Position numbers and translations under genes: made by a program. The notes below the pieces were generated by a model. The model made no database searches. It was not told the DNA's origin and worked only from the letters and a program-made list of their open reading frames with translations. A stretch of 63,816 nucleotides of DNA, filler included, from Octopus bimaculoides (Eukaryota), in the NCBI RefSeq assembly GCF_001194135.2. It is 6 parts of 6 records of this genome, joined end to end, with 100 filler letters (N's around TTAATTAATTAA, not from the genome) between each part and the next. Parts side by side here need not be neighbours in the genome. Positions count along the whole stretch, not along the records: positions 37,002 to 50,079 come from NC_068984.1; positions 50,180 to 58,027 come from NC_069006.1; 4 more parts are not named here. The stretch is one strand, 5' to 3'. Below are positions 40,421 through 51,720 of this stretch, in pieces (the first letter of the stretch is position 1; every line of letters starts with the position of its first letter).

Positions 40421-41623
40421 ATATTTTCCATTTCTTTAGTTTGTAAAAATGTAATTTTTTTTATTTCGACTTTCTCTGCTCCACCTTGAGCAACGAGTAA
40501 GTTGTACACCACAGAAAGAGGCTCAACACAGTCTTTCAAGAAGTTAAAAACTACAGAGAAATATCACCATCCTTTAAATGATACCTTACAATCTTTAACT
40601 GGTGAAGGATATATTAAATAATCTAATCCTGATTAATTTATGAATATTGCTATCAGCATGGCTGAGAGTCGGCGAAGGATGTGGGATCTCAGACAAGACC
40701 ACCACTCTTCATCACACACTACCGTCACATTCTACAGTCGTAAATTACACCAAAGTGTTTTTATTCCAGTCTTTGATGTCAGAGCTTCATCTTCGTATTT
40801 ACATTTGGAATGTTTTCAGCGTTTTATAATTACAGGAACATGTTTGAGTATGAAGTCGTAGATATCCCTTGGAAAGATGGAATGGTGCAATTTGGACATT
40901 TTTTAACCATATAGCTGCTCGATCAGAGTTTTAGAAATATAAAAATGTATTGGATTACGTAATAGCAGAGATTCCTTAAAATGATTAGACGACCACACTT
41001 GGAGTGTCTTTAATTAAATATCTGCTTGATCAGTGATTAAAATATGTAAGAATACATAGTCCTAGATATCCCTAAAAGACAGTATGGTCGTATTTGGAAT
41101 GTCTTCATTTATATGCTTACTTGATCAAGTTGACTTTGAGTTACGCATCAGAAACAACAACAACAACGATAACAATACCACAATAACAGCAGCAGCAACA
41201 ACCTCATACAATATCGGTTTTTATTGACAAAGCACAGTAGATTAAGGAAGAGGAATTATGGGAAGTCAGCGACTTTTCATGGCTTTCTTTAATCTTTTAA
41301 CAGGCTAAGTGAAACAGCTTCAACCAGGTGTTAAAATCTTTGCAGCAGTTTTGATTTGCCGGAAGCTTAACTCTTGTTCGAAGTCGCGCTCCAATATAAG
41401 AAGTTTAAAAAAAAAATGGAAGAAATGAACAAGAAAGAAAACGAAATCTTCGATACTGATCTAAAGTAATTAGTCTCCAAGTAGAACAAATGGAATTGGT
41501 TGTGAATGAAAATCCAGAAAAGAAATTGCATATTTTGAAACTAGGCACTTTTAATTCATCTAAAGTCTTCTATTATTCCGGCAATGAAAGCTGTAACTGA
41601 ATCACTTCTTAACTGAACACAGC

Positions 41624-41633
41624 GTGACGTCAC
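41624..41633. promoter_or_regulatory. Perfect CRE/ATF palindrome GTGACGTCAC
   Basis: Exact motif in unique sequence; function unproven. Confidence 0.25.
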
Positions 41634-42179
41634 ACTTTGGCATTCATCTCAACTAAATGAGAAAAATAAACAAACTAGAAGTGCTTGTTTGCGTGAGCAT
41701 GCTTGCTCAGTTGTGAATTTATCTGCGTGTGAATATACATGTGTATGTGAAGGACAGAGAGAATGAGAAAGAGAGAGAGAGAGATGTTTTGTATGCTATG
41801 GTTACGTTCAGCAAAAAATATATATAATGTAAAAATGTTTTCAATGAAATGAAAAAAAAAAAAACAAAAAAAAATATATACGAATAATTATAAACTTTAA
41901 CTGACGTTACAGAACTGAATCATTACAAAATAAATTCATTATCGGTTAGGTTTCATTAACAGCCGCACAAAATATCCAGTTTGTAAACCGATGAGACAAA
42001 TTCTGAAGTTGTGTTTCCCTCAAATACAACATAGTTATTCGGTTATAAACACATAATTTAACTAGCAACAGATATTACAAAAATGTCAAGAAAACAAATC
42101 AGAATTACAGCACCTTAGGAACATCAAATATTTTATTTTCAAAAATAATAGTAATAACAATAATTAATAATGAAAATAA

Positions 42180-42582
42180 ATGCCCTGGTATAGTACCAAG
42201 CACTGGCTCTCATCGCTTCTGATCTTAACTGATTGGAAGTGTTCTGTATAAGTTTTGTTCTTGGTATAAAAGATGGGCTACAGCAAATATTCTGCGCAAT
42301 ACCACAGATTTTCTTGTCAGTTCACCTCTGGAAACGGGCGTTTTGTTCAGCATCCTTACACAACCCTTATTCAGGGACCTTCTGGGCGGATATGGCTACT
42401 CGACCTGAAGAAAATTCAAACTGGGCTCCACCTGAAAGGTCATGCGCTGTATATCTTGGTATGAAATCACTATGTCGTGCACATATGGTTGTGGTGGAAG
42501 TATCTGGTGTACCTTTGTCAGACAGGTAGTCATGATTGCTATACTGGGCTTCACTTTGATGGCATGCACCGCTCTCTCACTC
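42180..42582 (+). mobile_element. Dispersed repeat resembling a LINE 3'UTR or non-autonomous element, also at 49215-49390
   Basis: Shares actgggc(t/c)ccacctg(a/c)aaggtcat, cagac(a/g)ggtagtca and cactttg...ctctcac with 49222-49377, where it ends in (AAT)n. Confidence 0.75.
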
Positions 42583-42583
42583 T

Positions 42584-42823
42584 ATGAAGAGAACGTTATC
42601 GCAGGGTAAGGGCAATACTCAAGACAGAGCTGAATGCAAAAACAGGATCGAAGCGATCAATACTTTAGCAATACCAGTCGTGACTTACAGTTTCAATATC
42701 ATTAACTGGTCAATTACTGAAATATGTAATCTTGACAGAAAAATACGAAAATTGTTGACAACGCATAGAATGCACCACCTCAAGGTAGATATAGAACGAC
42801 TTTACCTGCCAAGAAAAGAGGGT
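42584..42823 (+). mobile_element. R4/Dong-like reverse transcriptase C-terminal fragment
   Basis: AINTLAIPVVTYSFNIINWSITEICNLDRKIRKLLTTHRMHHLKVDIERLYLPRKEG is the thumb-region signature (AIN...P...YS...W...LDRK.RK...HP...RLYLPR..GG) of RLE LINEs. Confidence 0.88.
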
Positions 42824-42837
42824 ATATATTATGCGCT

Positions 42838-43062
42838 GGGAGAAATGCTTAGCGGCAGAGTTTCTTACTTTCTAAGTGCAAATTCCGCCGAGGTGAACTT
42901 TGCCTTTCATCCTTTTAGGATCCATAAAATGAGTACCAGTTGAGCACTAGGGTCGATGTAATCGACTCGTTCAAATTCCGCCAAGGCCGACTTTGCCTTT
43001 CATAATTTCGGAGTCGATGAAATAAGTAGCATTTGTGTACTGGGGTCGATGTAATGGATTTA
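42838..43062 (+). mobile_element. Two tandem partial SINE-B copies
   Basis: caaattccgcc(g/a)agg...ctttgcctttcat...ggtcgatgtaat occurs twice. Confidence 0.88.
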
Positions 43063-43274
43063 ACTATTTCTGGGTAAGAGTGTAAAAACTACAACCCTCT
43101 GCCAAGCCATGTCGAGCCAGTGTGGTAGAGTAGGCTCATCAAAGTAGTATGATCTCCATTTCAAATTCCAGGCCTTCACATCAGGCCGTAGTTGGTGGAA
43201 AGAACTTGCTAAGGCCTTCGTTCTACAATGGACTTAACACAGGCAATCCAGTCCAATCCATGTATTTTTATATT

Positions 43275-43500
43275 AGGGCAGATGACTGGTAAAATCGTTA
43301 GAGCATCAGAAAATACTTTGCGGCTTTTTTCCATGCTCTCTATGTACTGAATTCAAATTCAGCCAAGGTCAATATTGCGTTTCGTTTTCTGTGGGTCGAT
43401 AAAATAAAAACCTACTAGTAAAGGACTGGGGTCGACAGCATTGACTAATTCCTTTCCTTTCAAAATTGCTGACCTTGTGTCTAAATCAGAAACTATTATA
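43275..43500 (+). mobile_element. SINE-B copy, diverged
   Basis: aatcgttagagcatc, ttcaaattcagccaaggtc, gggtcgataaaata, aaattgctgaccttgtg. Confidence 0.8.
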
Positions 43501-43514
43501 TACTTTAATCTCAT

Positions 43515-43695
43515 TTCTACCATAAGAACAAGACCTAGAATTTGATGGGAGGGTGCAAAGGCCAGTCGATTACATCGACCCGGAAAGGATGAAAGGCATA
43601 GTCGACATCAGCGGAATTTGAACTTAGAATGTAAAAACCGGAAGAAATGTTGCTAAGCATTTTATCCGGCTTGTTAACAATTTTGCCAGCTCACC
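43515..43695 (-). mobile_element. SINE-B copy, tail-to-tail with the preceding copy
   Basis: gtcgattacatcgacccggaaaggatgaaaggc, gcggaatttgaacttag, gccagctcacc. Confidence 0.88.
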
Positions 43696-44869
43696 TTATT
43701 ATGTACTTTAATACCCTCCGTCTTTTCTTAACCCCAATTTAAGATCAACTGCCCTAGTGTATCATTTTCAACAACCAGTCAACTCTTGCTTCATGATTTC
43801 ACTGAATTTTCTTGCAATTTACTTAATAGCATTCGCATTTGTGTCGTTACAACACCTACGGCTGTATAATCATTATTAACATTTATTTAACTATCCCGCA
43901 CATACACAAGAGAAAAGAGAGAAAAAGTAACAACAACAACAACAACCAAACCTCTTCTTTAATTTACATCTTTCTACGTGACCGCTCGTTTCACTTCAGA
44001 CCGTCATCTTTTTAGCTTTCCCTGCAATTTTACGTCTTTCTACCATCGGCAGTTTTTGTTATACTGTTTGCTGAATCATACATAACTCCTCCTCCTCCTT
44101 CTCCTCAAATCGTATTATTTAATTCTATAACTACATCACCGCCATTAACTGCTCGTTTACAAACATCACACTGCGTTGGTAAAGCCTCTTCATGCATCAC
44201 TCATGTTCCCATCTCATGCACTTTTGCTGACTTCATTTCTTGCTCATCCCACCTCGCTCATTATTTACTACTTCTAAACCATGTGCGGTATCTGTTAGTT
44301 TATTTTTCACCCTCTATTACTCCCTATAAAACTTCACTTCATCATTTAATCTCTTGTTCTCCCTTCTTCTTCTACTTCCATTTTGTAACATTTTTTTTTT
44401 CTATTTTATACGTTAATTCTTCTCTCTTCTGGTTTCTGACTAGCAAACCCCTTTGCTTTAATTAATTGTACTTCTCGCCAAATACAGCTTTAGATAAACA
44501 CTTATATCTTGTCTAACAGCCCCATTGCTAGTAGTTTATAATGACGCTAACTTAATTAAATACATCAGCATGACTTTCAGAGGGGAGTTTGTATAGTATT
44601 AGTAATAACTATTGTGATTTATTTTTTCTGTAATTTTTTTCTTCTCTCGCACATGATTTTTTTTTTAAAAACGATTTTTTCCTATCCTCAATCCCATTAG
44701 ACATGTGAAAATTTAATACTCTTTTCCGTTCTGAAGTACAGATCCTATCAGATTGTAACTTCGAAGTCTTAGCGGCAACGAGTTGTCTGATGAGCAGATG
44801 CTGGTGAAACTTCGAATTTATAGCAAATACCATGTGCTTTTTTACCCCTCCCCATTTCTTCCACTCCCT

Positions 44870-45021
44870 CTCCTCTCCCTCCTCCTCTTCCTCCTCCTCT
44901 TCCTCCTCCTCTTCCCCTCCTCTTCCCCCTCCTCTTCCCCCTCCTCTTCACTCCTCCTCTTCACTCCTCCTCTTCCTCCCCCTCATCTTCCCCCCTCTTC
45001 CTCCACTTCCCCCTCCTCTTC
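44870..45021. repeat. (CCT/CTT)n polypyrimidine low-complexity tract
   Basis: Direct reading; runs into a gap. Confidence 0.9.
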
Positions 45022-45351
45022 NNNNNNNNNNNNNNNNNNNNNNNNNNNNNNNNNNNNNNNNNNNNNNNNNNNNNNNNNNNNNNNNNNNNNNNNNNNNNNN
45101 NNNNNNNNNNNNNNNNNNNNNNNNNNNNNNNNNNNNNNNNNNNNNNNNNNNNNNNNNNNNNNNNNNNNNNNNNNNNNNNNNNNNNNNNNNNNNNNNNNNN
45201 NNNNNNNNNNNNNNNNNNNNNNNNNNNNNNNNNNNNNNNNNNNNNNNNNNNNNNNNNNNNNNNNNNNNNNNNNNNNNNNNNNNNNNNNNNNNNNNNNNNN
45301 NNNNNNTTCTCTTGATAGCAAAAAAGAACAACAACAATAATAAAAGTAATT

Positions 45352-45775
45352 CCTTCTACTAGAAGCATAAGGTCTGGAAGTTTGGAGGAGGGGGCTAATC
45401 GATTACTGTGACCCCCCAGTACTCAACTGCTACTTGTTTTACTGACTTTGAAACGATGGAAAGCAAAAGTCGACACCGGCGGTATTCGAACTGGGAACGC
45501 AAAGTCAGAAGAAAAGCTGCAAAGCTTTTATTCCGGCGCAGTAACGATTCTGCCAGCTATCCGCTCCGCCTTAATTGCTCTAAAGTTTGGCACAACCGAT
45601 GCAATTTTTTTGGTTGGTGGGGGGGGGGTCGATTTTACTGACCTCAGTACTTGACTCAAAAGAAGGAAAGATAAATTTGACCCCAGCGGCAATTGAATTC
45701 AGAAACTATATGAGTCGTAAGAAATGCCGCTTATCATTTTGTATGATGTGCTAGCGATTCTGCCAGCTCAACATC
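45352..45775 (-). mobile_element. Two diverged SINE-B copies
   Basis: aaagtcgacaccggcggtattcgaac...gattctgccagct, and aatttgaccccagcggcaattgaattcag...gattctgccagctc. Confidence 0.82.
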
Positions 45776-45812
45776 TTTGATAACATTACTACTACTACTA
45801 CTTTATTTCATT

Positions 45813-45845
<33 letters not shown>

Positions 45846-45923
45846 AATACTAATAATCCTTTCTGCAAAAGACTAGACCTGAAATTTTTTGGGGGGGAGG
45901 GGGGCTTGTTGATTACATCGACG

Positions 45924-46430
45924 CCAGAAAAGGTCACAGAAAACGAGAAAGCAACCATACTCTGGGACATGCCAATACACACAGATAGAGAAATTAAGGC
46001 CAATAGACCAGATATAGTTGTCAAAGATCATAAAGAAAAAAATGCTTTCTAATTGATGTATCAATACCAGCAGATGATAACGTTTCCCTAAAAGATATGG
46101 AGAAACTTTCAAAATACAAAGACCTGGAAATAGAGGTACCTCGAATGTGGAATCTAAAACCAGAAACAATTCCTATCATAGTAGGAGCCTTAGGTATAAT
46201 TAAAAAAATATTCAGACAAATACATAACAAAAACACCAGGACTTACAAATATATATAACATACAGAAAATTGCACTACTGGGCACTGCACACATCCTACG
46301 CAAAACACTTTCAATGCAGTAACCATAAGAGCATCACAGCAAACCACAGCAAACCACAGCACATACCCAAGGCACACAGAGCTGCGCTCGGTAGTGAAGT
46401 GAAAGCACGCTATAAAAATAAAACTACTGA
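45924..46430 (+). mobile_element. R4/Dong-like LINE: RLE endonuclease domain, 3'UTR and (AAT)n tail; frameshifted
   Basis: PEKVTENEKATILWDMPIHTDREIKANRPDIVVKDH / FLIDVSIP...EKLSKYKDL...W...IPIIVGALG / QKIALLGTAHILRKTLSMQ*. This gives the PD..D-x-x-x-P...K-x-x-K-Y RLE motif; poly-A frameshifts near 46045 and 46205. Confidence 0.93.
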
Positions 46431-46447
46431 ATAATAATAATAATAAT

Positions 46448-46503
<56 letters not shown>

Positions 46504-46846
46504 TATTAATAATAATAATAATAATGATAATAATAATAATGATAACAACAACAACAACAATAATAATATGTATTTTGGTGCAAAATTTACTCTTGTTTAT
46601 ATCGCTAGCGGTGAGATAAATCCCCGCCACCTCCAGCGTCGAGACCACTGATTTCGACTTGGTTTGATCTTGTCAGTGATGGACACTCGAACACTAGAGA
46701 TAGCAGCGATTCATCCCACCACCAGCGATATACAGAATAACTGCCAGAAGAGGCGGCCGAAGGATAGAGATTGCATTCTAATACAGAATGCAAAGACATT
46801 GCATAGAATTCTGCCAAACCATTGTCTTGTAATTCGACATTTATAG

Positions 46847-47070
46847 AGCTGGCAGACTCGTTAGCACGCCGGGCGAAATGCTTAGCGGTATTCCGTCTGG
46901 CGCTACGTTCTGAGTTCAAATTCCGCCGAGGTTGACTTTGCCTTTCATCCTTTCGGGGTCGATTAAATAAGTACCAGTTACGCACTGGGGTCGATATAAT
47001 CGACTTAATCCGTTTGTCTGTCCTTGTTTGTCCCCTCTGTGTCTAGCCCCTGGTGGGCAGTAAAGAAATA
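46847..47070 (+). mobile_element. SINE-B, best-preserved copy
   Basis: gagctggcagactcgttagc, ttctgagttcaaattccgccgagg (B box), ctttgcctttcatcctttcggggtcga, tail cttgtttgtcccctctgtg...taaagaaataa. Confidence 0.95.
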
Positions 47071-47074
47071 AGGA

Positions 47075-47250
47075 TCGTTAGCACGCCTGGCGAAATGCTC
47101 AGTAGCATTTCATTCGTTCAAATTTCGCCGAGGTCGACTTTGCTTTTCCTCATTTTGGAGTTGATAAAATCAGTACTAGTAGAACACTGGTGGTCGATGT
47201 AATCGACTTAATCTCTCCCCGATATTGCTGGCCTTGTGCAAAAATTTGAA
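47075..47250 (+). mobile_element. SINE-B copy abutting the previous one
   Basis: tcgttagcacgcctggcgaaatgc, gtcgactttgctttt, gtcgatgtaatcgactt, ggccttgtgc. Confidence 0.85.
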
Positions 47251-47561
47251 ATCAATATTTATAAAAGGATTGAGTTTAACGAGTGACGTTGTTGTTGTTG
47301 TTGTTGTTGCTCAATTGCAACTAATTCTGAACGGAAAATGTCTATGATTTAAAACATTCCAACCGGGACCATCTAAACGTTTTGCTATGTGCAGAAAACC
47401 CAGGACTACCATTATCTGACGTGGCCTCTTTTTTTTTTTTTTTCATTCAAGTTTTTACATCTAATGTATTGAATATATGTATCTTTCCGTTAACGTGAGA
47501 TGGAATGTAAAGAAACTTTTAATCCTTTAAAATGCCTTTTTTAATATTTGTGTTCTTTCAT

Positions 47562-47772
47562 TTCGTCTGTCATTACGTTCTGAGTTCAAATTCCACCGAG
47601 GTCAACTTTGCCTTTCATCCTTTCGAGGTCGATAAATTAAGTACCAGTTGTGCACTGGGGTCTATCTAATCGACTGGCTCCCTCCTCCAAAATTTCGGGT
47701 CTTGTAGAAGAGAATAGTTTGGTTTGAAAGTCTTTTAATCGTTTACAAAGCTTTGTGCCTAAAGTAGAAAGG
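47562..47772 (+). mobile_element. 5'-truncated SINE-B flanked by a 19-bp direct repeat (putative TSD)
   Basis: aatatttgtgttctttcat at 47543-47561 and 47773-47791. Confidence 0.85.
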
Positions 47773-48480
47773 AATATTTGTGTTCTTTCATAATTCTGCG
47801 ACAAGTGATCTCTGATGTCATTGTCCGTCTATAAAAGGAAATTCGCCTCATCCTACAATGACATCTAAGTTAACAATAACGAAATCGAAGTAGATAACGT
47901 AATCGAGACTGAAGTTGAGGCTGATGATGACAAATTTGAGGTTTACGTTAATGAGTCTGAGGTTGATAATGACGAATTTTAGGGAGAAACTCTGTAAATA
48001 TATGTTGAGTAATAGTAGACTTACACGTAATATCTGTCTACCAAATTTCAGCCCGAAGTCATTGGTCAATTCGATGCTATAGTAGAAAGTACTTACTCGA
48101 AATTTCTTGCTGTAGGATCGATTTTACAACTACGTGGTTATGCCACGAATTTCTCAATTATACAATCTGCAAACCTCACTGATATCTTTTCTTAATTGTC
48201 ATTATTAACCATACTGTGGATATTTCTGGTTGTAAAACATCAGAAACAATCTGACCCACTTCTTTTTTTTTTTATTATGAAAGTATACGAAAGATAGGCT
48301 GACACAATGATAATGAGACGTAGATTAAGAAATGAGAGGAACAGAATGCTTAACGGAAGCCACACATCGAAAATTGCGGAAAAGATTGGTTAAAAACAAA
48401 GAAAAAAGAAAAACTAATCACGTGTTCTAACGACAGATATGCTATAAGAACGACTTGCCTTGACAACCTACTATATGCAG

Positions 48481-48524
48481 GATGGCAATCTGCTGCTGCC
48501 AACTAAAAGACATTCCACTTCTTG
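48481..48524 (+). CDS. Candidate 44-nt micro-exon
   Basis: ctatatgcAG|GATGGC...CTTG|GTAAGC; frames DGNLLLPTKRHSTS or MAICCCQLKDIPLL. Unverified. Confidence 0.15.
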
Positions 48525-48915
48525 GTAAGCTGTATTTAGAAGTGTGCAGGCAGGCATGCGTTGAGGTGGATGAACTGTGGAAATTCCATTCGTGATAATG
48601 ATCAGATGGATTGGTTAAAGTACATTTTTTTGTAAACTGATCGAAGTGTGTCAGGTCTAGTCTTTGATAATGGCGAAGGTTAAGTTGTTACATGGAGTAA
48701 TGTCCAGCGGTCATGTCTCTACGTCTCTCCACTGGCTGAAAATGGGAGCTGAGGAGGTTTTATAATTCTTTTTTTGTTTTTGTTTTCTGTTTGCTTTGTT
48801 TTGTTTTGTTATTTGNNNNNNNNNNNNNNNNNNNNNNNNNNNNNNNNNNNNNNNNNNNNNNNNNNNNNNNNNNNNNNNNNNNNNNNNNNNNNNNNNNNNN
48901 NNNNNNNNNNNNNNN

Positions 48916-48953
<38 letters not shown>

Positions 48954-49214
48954 CTATCTATCGATTTACTCATCTGTGTATATCCATCTGTTTATCTATA
49001 TATCTAACCATCAGTCTGTCGTTGAATCTGATGGTCAGTCCGACTGTCTGTCTGTCTATCAGCTTGGCAGTTTCGCGTGGTACTCTCTCACTCTTCCTCT
49101 CTTTCTGTTTTTCGATTTACAGGACCATTCTCAAAGTGGTTTCGTCATTCGCCGCCTAATCAGGGAACTTGAGAAAATATGTGTACAGGTAAAGGTGTCA
49201 ACAAATTGTCAACC

Positions 49215-49390
49215 CGAAAAACACTCTAACTGGGCCCCACCTGCAAGGTCATCATGTTCCGCGCATATTGTTGTGATACAAGTTCCTGGTGTACACTTAT
49301 TAGACGGGTAGTCACCATGATTATATTGTATTTGTACCCCAGTATCACTTTGGTGTCGTGTGCTTCCCTCTCACGCAATAATAATAATAA
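49215..49390 (+). mobile_element. Second copy of the 42180-42582 repeat, with (AAT)n tail
   Basis: ctaactgggccccacctgcaaggtcatc and ccctctcacgcaataataataataa. Confidence 0.75.
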
Positions 49391-49394
49391 TTCT

Positions 49395-49520
49395 TTCTGT
49401 TATAGGTACAAGGTCTGAAATTCTTAGAAATGGAATCAGTTGATTAGGTCGACTCTCGCAGTCGACTCTTTCTTATTTTATCGACTCCGAAAGGATGAAA
49501 AGTACAGTTGACCTCAGTGA
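49395..49520 (-). mobile_element. SINE-B fragment
   Basis: ttataggtacaaggtctgaaatt and tcgactccgaaaggatgaaaagtacagttgacctc. Confidence 0.78.
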
Positions 49521-49769
49521 CAATGGAATGTCCAATGGCCGAAAGCTACGAAGGAATAAATAAATGGAAACAGTCTGTAAAAAGGACTGTTTTGGTTATA
49601 GACCTGTTCAACCAAAGTTGACCAGGGGCTAAACAACAACGACGGCGACGATGACAACAAGAACTGAAACAATAATGAACATAAAACAAGTATTTGTTTT
49701 AATTAAACTTGCATTTTAATCTGTGTTTTTCTCACATTCTTTCAAGCTGTTTAACTTGGAAAAATGACG

Positions 49770-49849
<80 letters not shown>

Positions 49850-49853
<4 letters not shown>

Positions 49854-50079
49854 CATTATTCAGTAGTTTTATTTTTATAACGTGCTTTCACTTCACTACC
49901 GAGCGCAGCTCTGTGCGCCTTGGGTATGTGCTGTATTGAAAGTGCGCCTTGGGTATGTACTGTATTGAAAGTGTTTTGCGTAGAATGTGTGCAGTACCCA
50001 GTAGTGCAATTTTCTGTATGTTATATATATTTGTAAGTCCTGGTGTTTTTGTTATGTATTTGTCTGAATATTTTTTTAT
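49850..50079 (-). mobile_element. R4/Dong-like LINE 3' end, same subfamily as 45924-46430, with (ATT)n tail at 49772-49850
   Basis: Reverse complement nearly matches 46205-46430 (gtgctttcacttcactaccgagcgcagctctgtg; gtaagtcctggtgtttttgttatgtatttgtctgaata). Confidence 0.92.
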
Positions 50080-50123
50080 NNNNNNNNNNNNNNNNNNNNN
50101 NNNNNNNNNNNNNNNNNNNNNNN

Positions 50124-50135
50124 TTAATTAATTAA
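50124..50135. other. Synthetic TTAATTAATTAA gap linker
   Basis: Flanked by N-runs of about 44. Confidence 0.93.
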
Positions 50136-50179
50136 NNNNNNNNNNNNNNNNNNNNNNNNNNNNNNNNNNNNNNNNNNNN

Positions 50180-50212
<33 letters not shown>

Positions 50213-50373
50213 CATATATATACATATGTATTCAAACATACTACATATATGTATCTGTGTGTGTTTATATGTATATTGATATACACATATCTATATCTAC
50301 ACCCTCATATCTATGTATATTTACATACATATAACGTACGCTCACATACACATACATGCAAACACATACTATT

Positions 50374-50443
<70 letters not shown>

Positions 50444-50616
50444 CGCGCGTATGTTTATATGTGTGTGAATATGTATATATATATGTGTATGTATCCTATT
50501 ATTTCCCTTGCACAGCGTCTCAGGATACAGATTTGAAGTCCGATGCTGCCCAATTGTATCCTATTAGCCAATGATTTATTGCCTACAAATTATAGTCGAA
50601 AGATAATTCCATCGTA

Positions 50617-50660
<44 letters not shown>

Positions 50661-50670
50661 NNNNNNNNNN

Positions 50671-50713
<43 letters not shown>

Positions 50714-51524
50714 GCTCTTGCTCTTCATCGTCATTCAATATATTCGTTCATACATTGTTTGTTTGAAGAGAAACAACGGGGGTAAAAAAAAATGCTCTCC
50801 CCAGATGAATAGATAAATAGATAAAATGGCAGTCTTGGCAATATGGCGTACAACTGACATGGTATGGAAACAAACGAACATAGGATCTGAGTTTTATATT
50901 ATCATTTTTTTTTACACCTTTTCCTATGATATGAACGGATTATGGGCATTATTCATACACTCAGGCACGAAAATGCTGGCACACATGCTTTGTTTCTGTA
51001 CCCAAATACACACACATACATAGATACACAAAGACACATATATGTTACGTTAACGCTTGGTCTTAAAGGAAGATTTATTTAATTACAATTCAACATTAAA
51101 CTGATGGATCACTTATTATTTTTTAATAGAGTACATGCGTATTCAATTTTACAAGGAAAAGGCTGTTAGTGACTCAGAAGTTCCAGATGAACATACCTCA
51201 ACTGAATGATGATCACTGGAAATCCGAAACTTTGAAGTTACTGTCACCCTTTTGCCAGTATCCTTCAAGTGCCTCATTTATTTCCTTCTGTCAAAGAGCA
51301 AACTAACCTTTTGAACCAGTGTTGTAGTGTGATTTTTCTTTCTCTAAATTTTTCCTATTCTTCTCCCTTGGCTATGCCTTCCATCCATGCAACAGCATTT
51401 CGTAGCCATACTCCTGAATTACACTCCAGTTACTCGTTCCTCATGCCTCTTGCCTTACTTTTTATTTCACGCTCACGCCTGAGTCTACCTCCTCACTTCC
51501 ATGCTTTCCTTACATACACAATCT

Positions 51525-51720
51525 CTGGCAGTCCATCGGTTATGACTACGAGTGTCCCAGTTGATCCGTGGAATTAATGTGCAAGTGGCTGAGCACTCCA
51601 CCATCACGTATTCCCTTAACATACTTCTCAGGGTGATTCAGCGTAACACAGAATGTGGCAAGGGCGGCCCTTTGAAATACAGGTAGAAGTCATTTTTGCC
51701 AGATGAGTGGATTGGAAAAA
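51525..51720. mobile_element. Third dispersed repeat family, partial and probably SINE-like
   Basis: Shares its start with 7460-7534; continues gtgcaagtggctgagcactcca and ggccctttgaaatacaggt. Confidence 0.6.
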
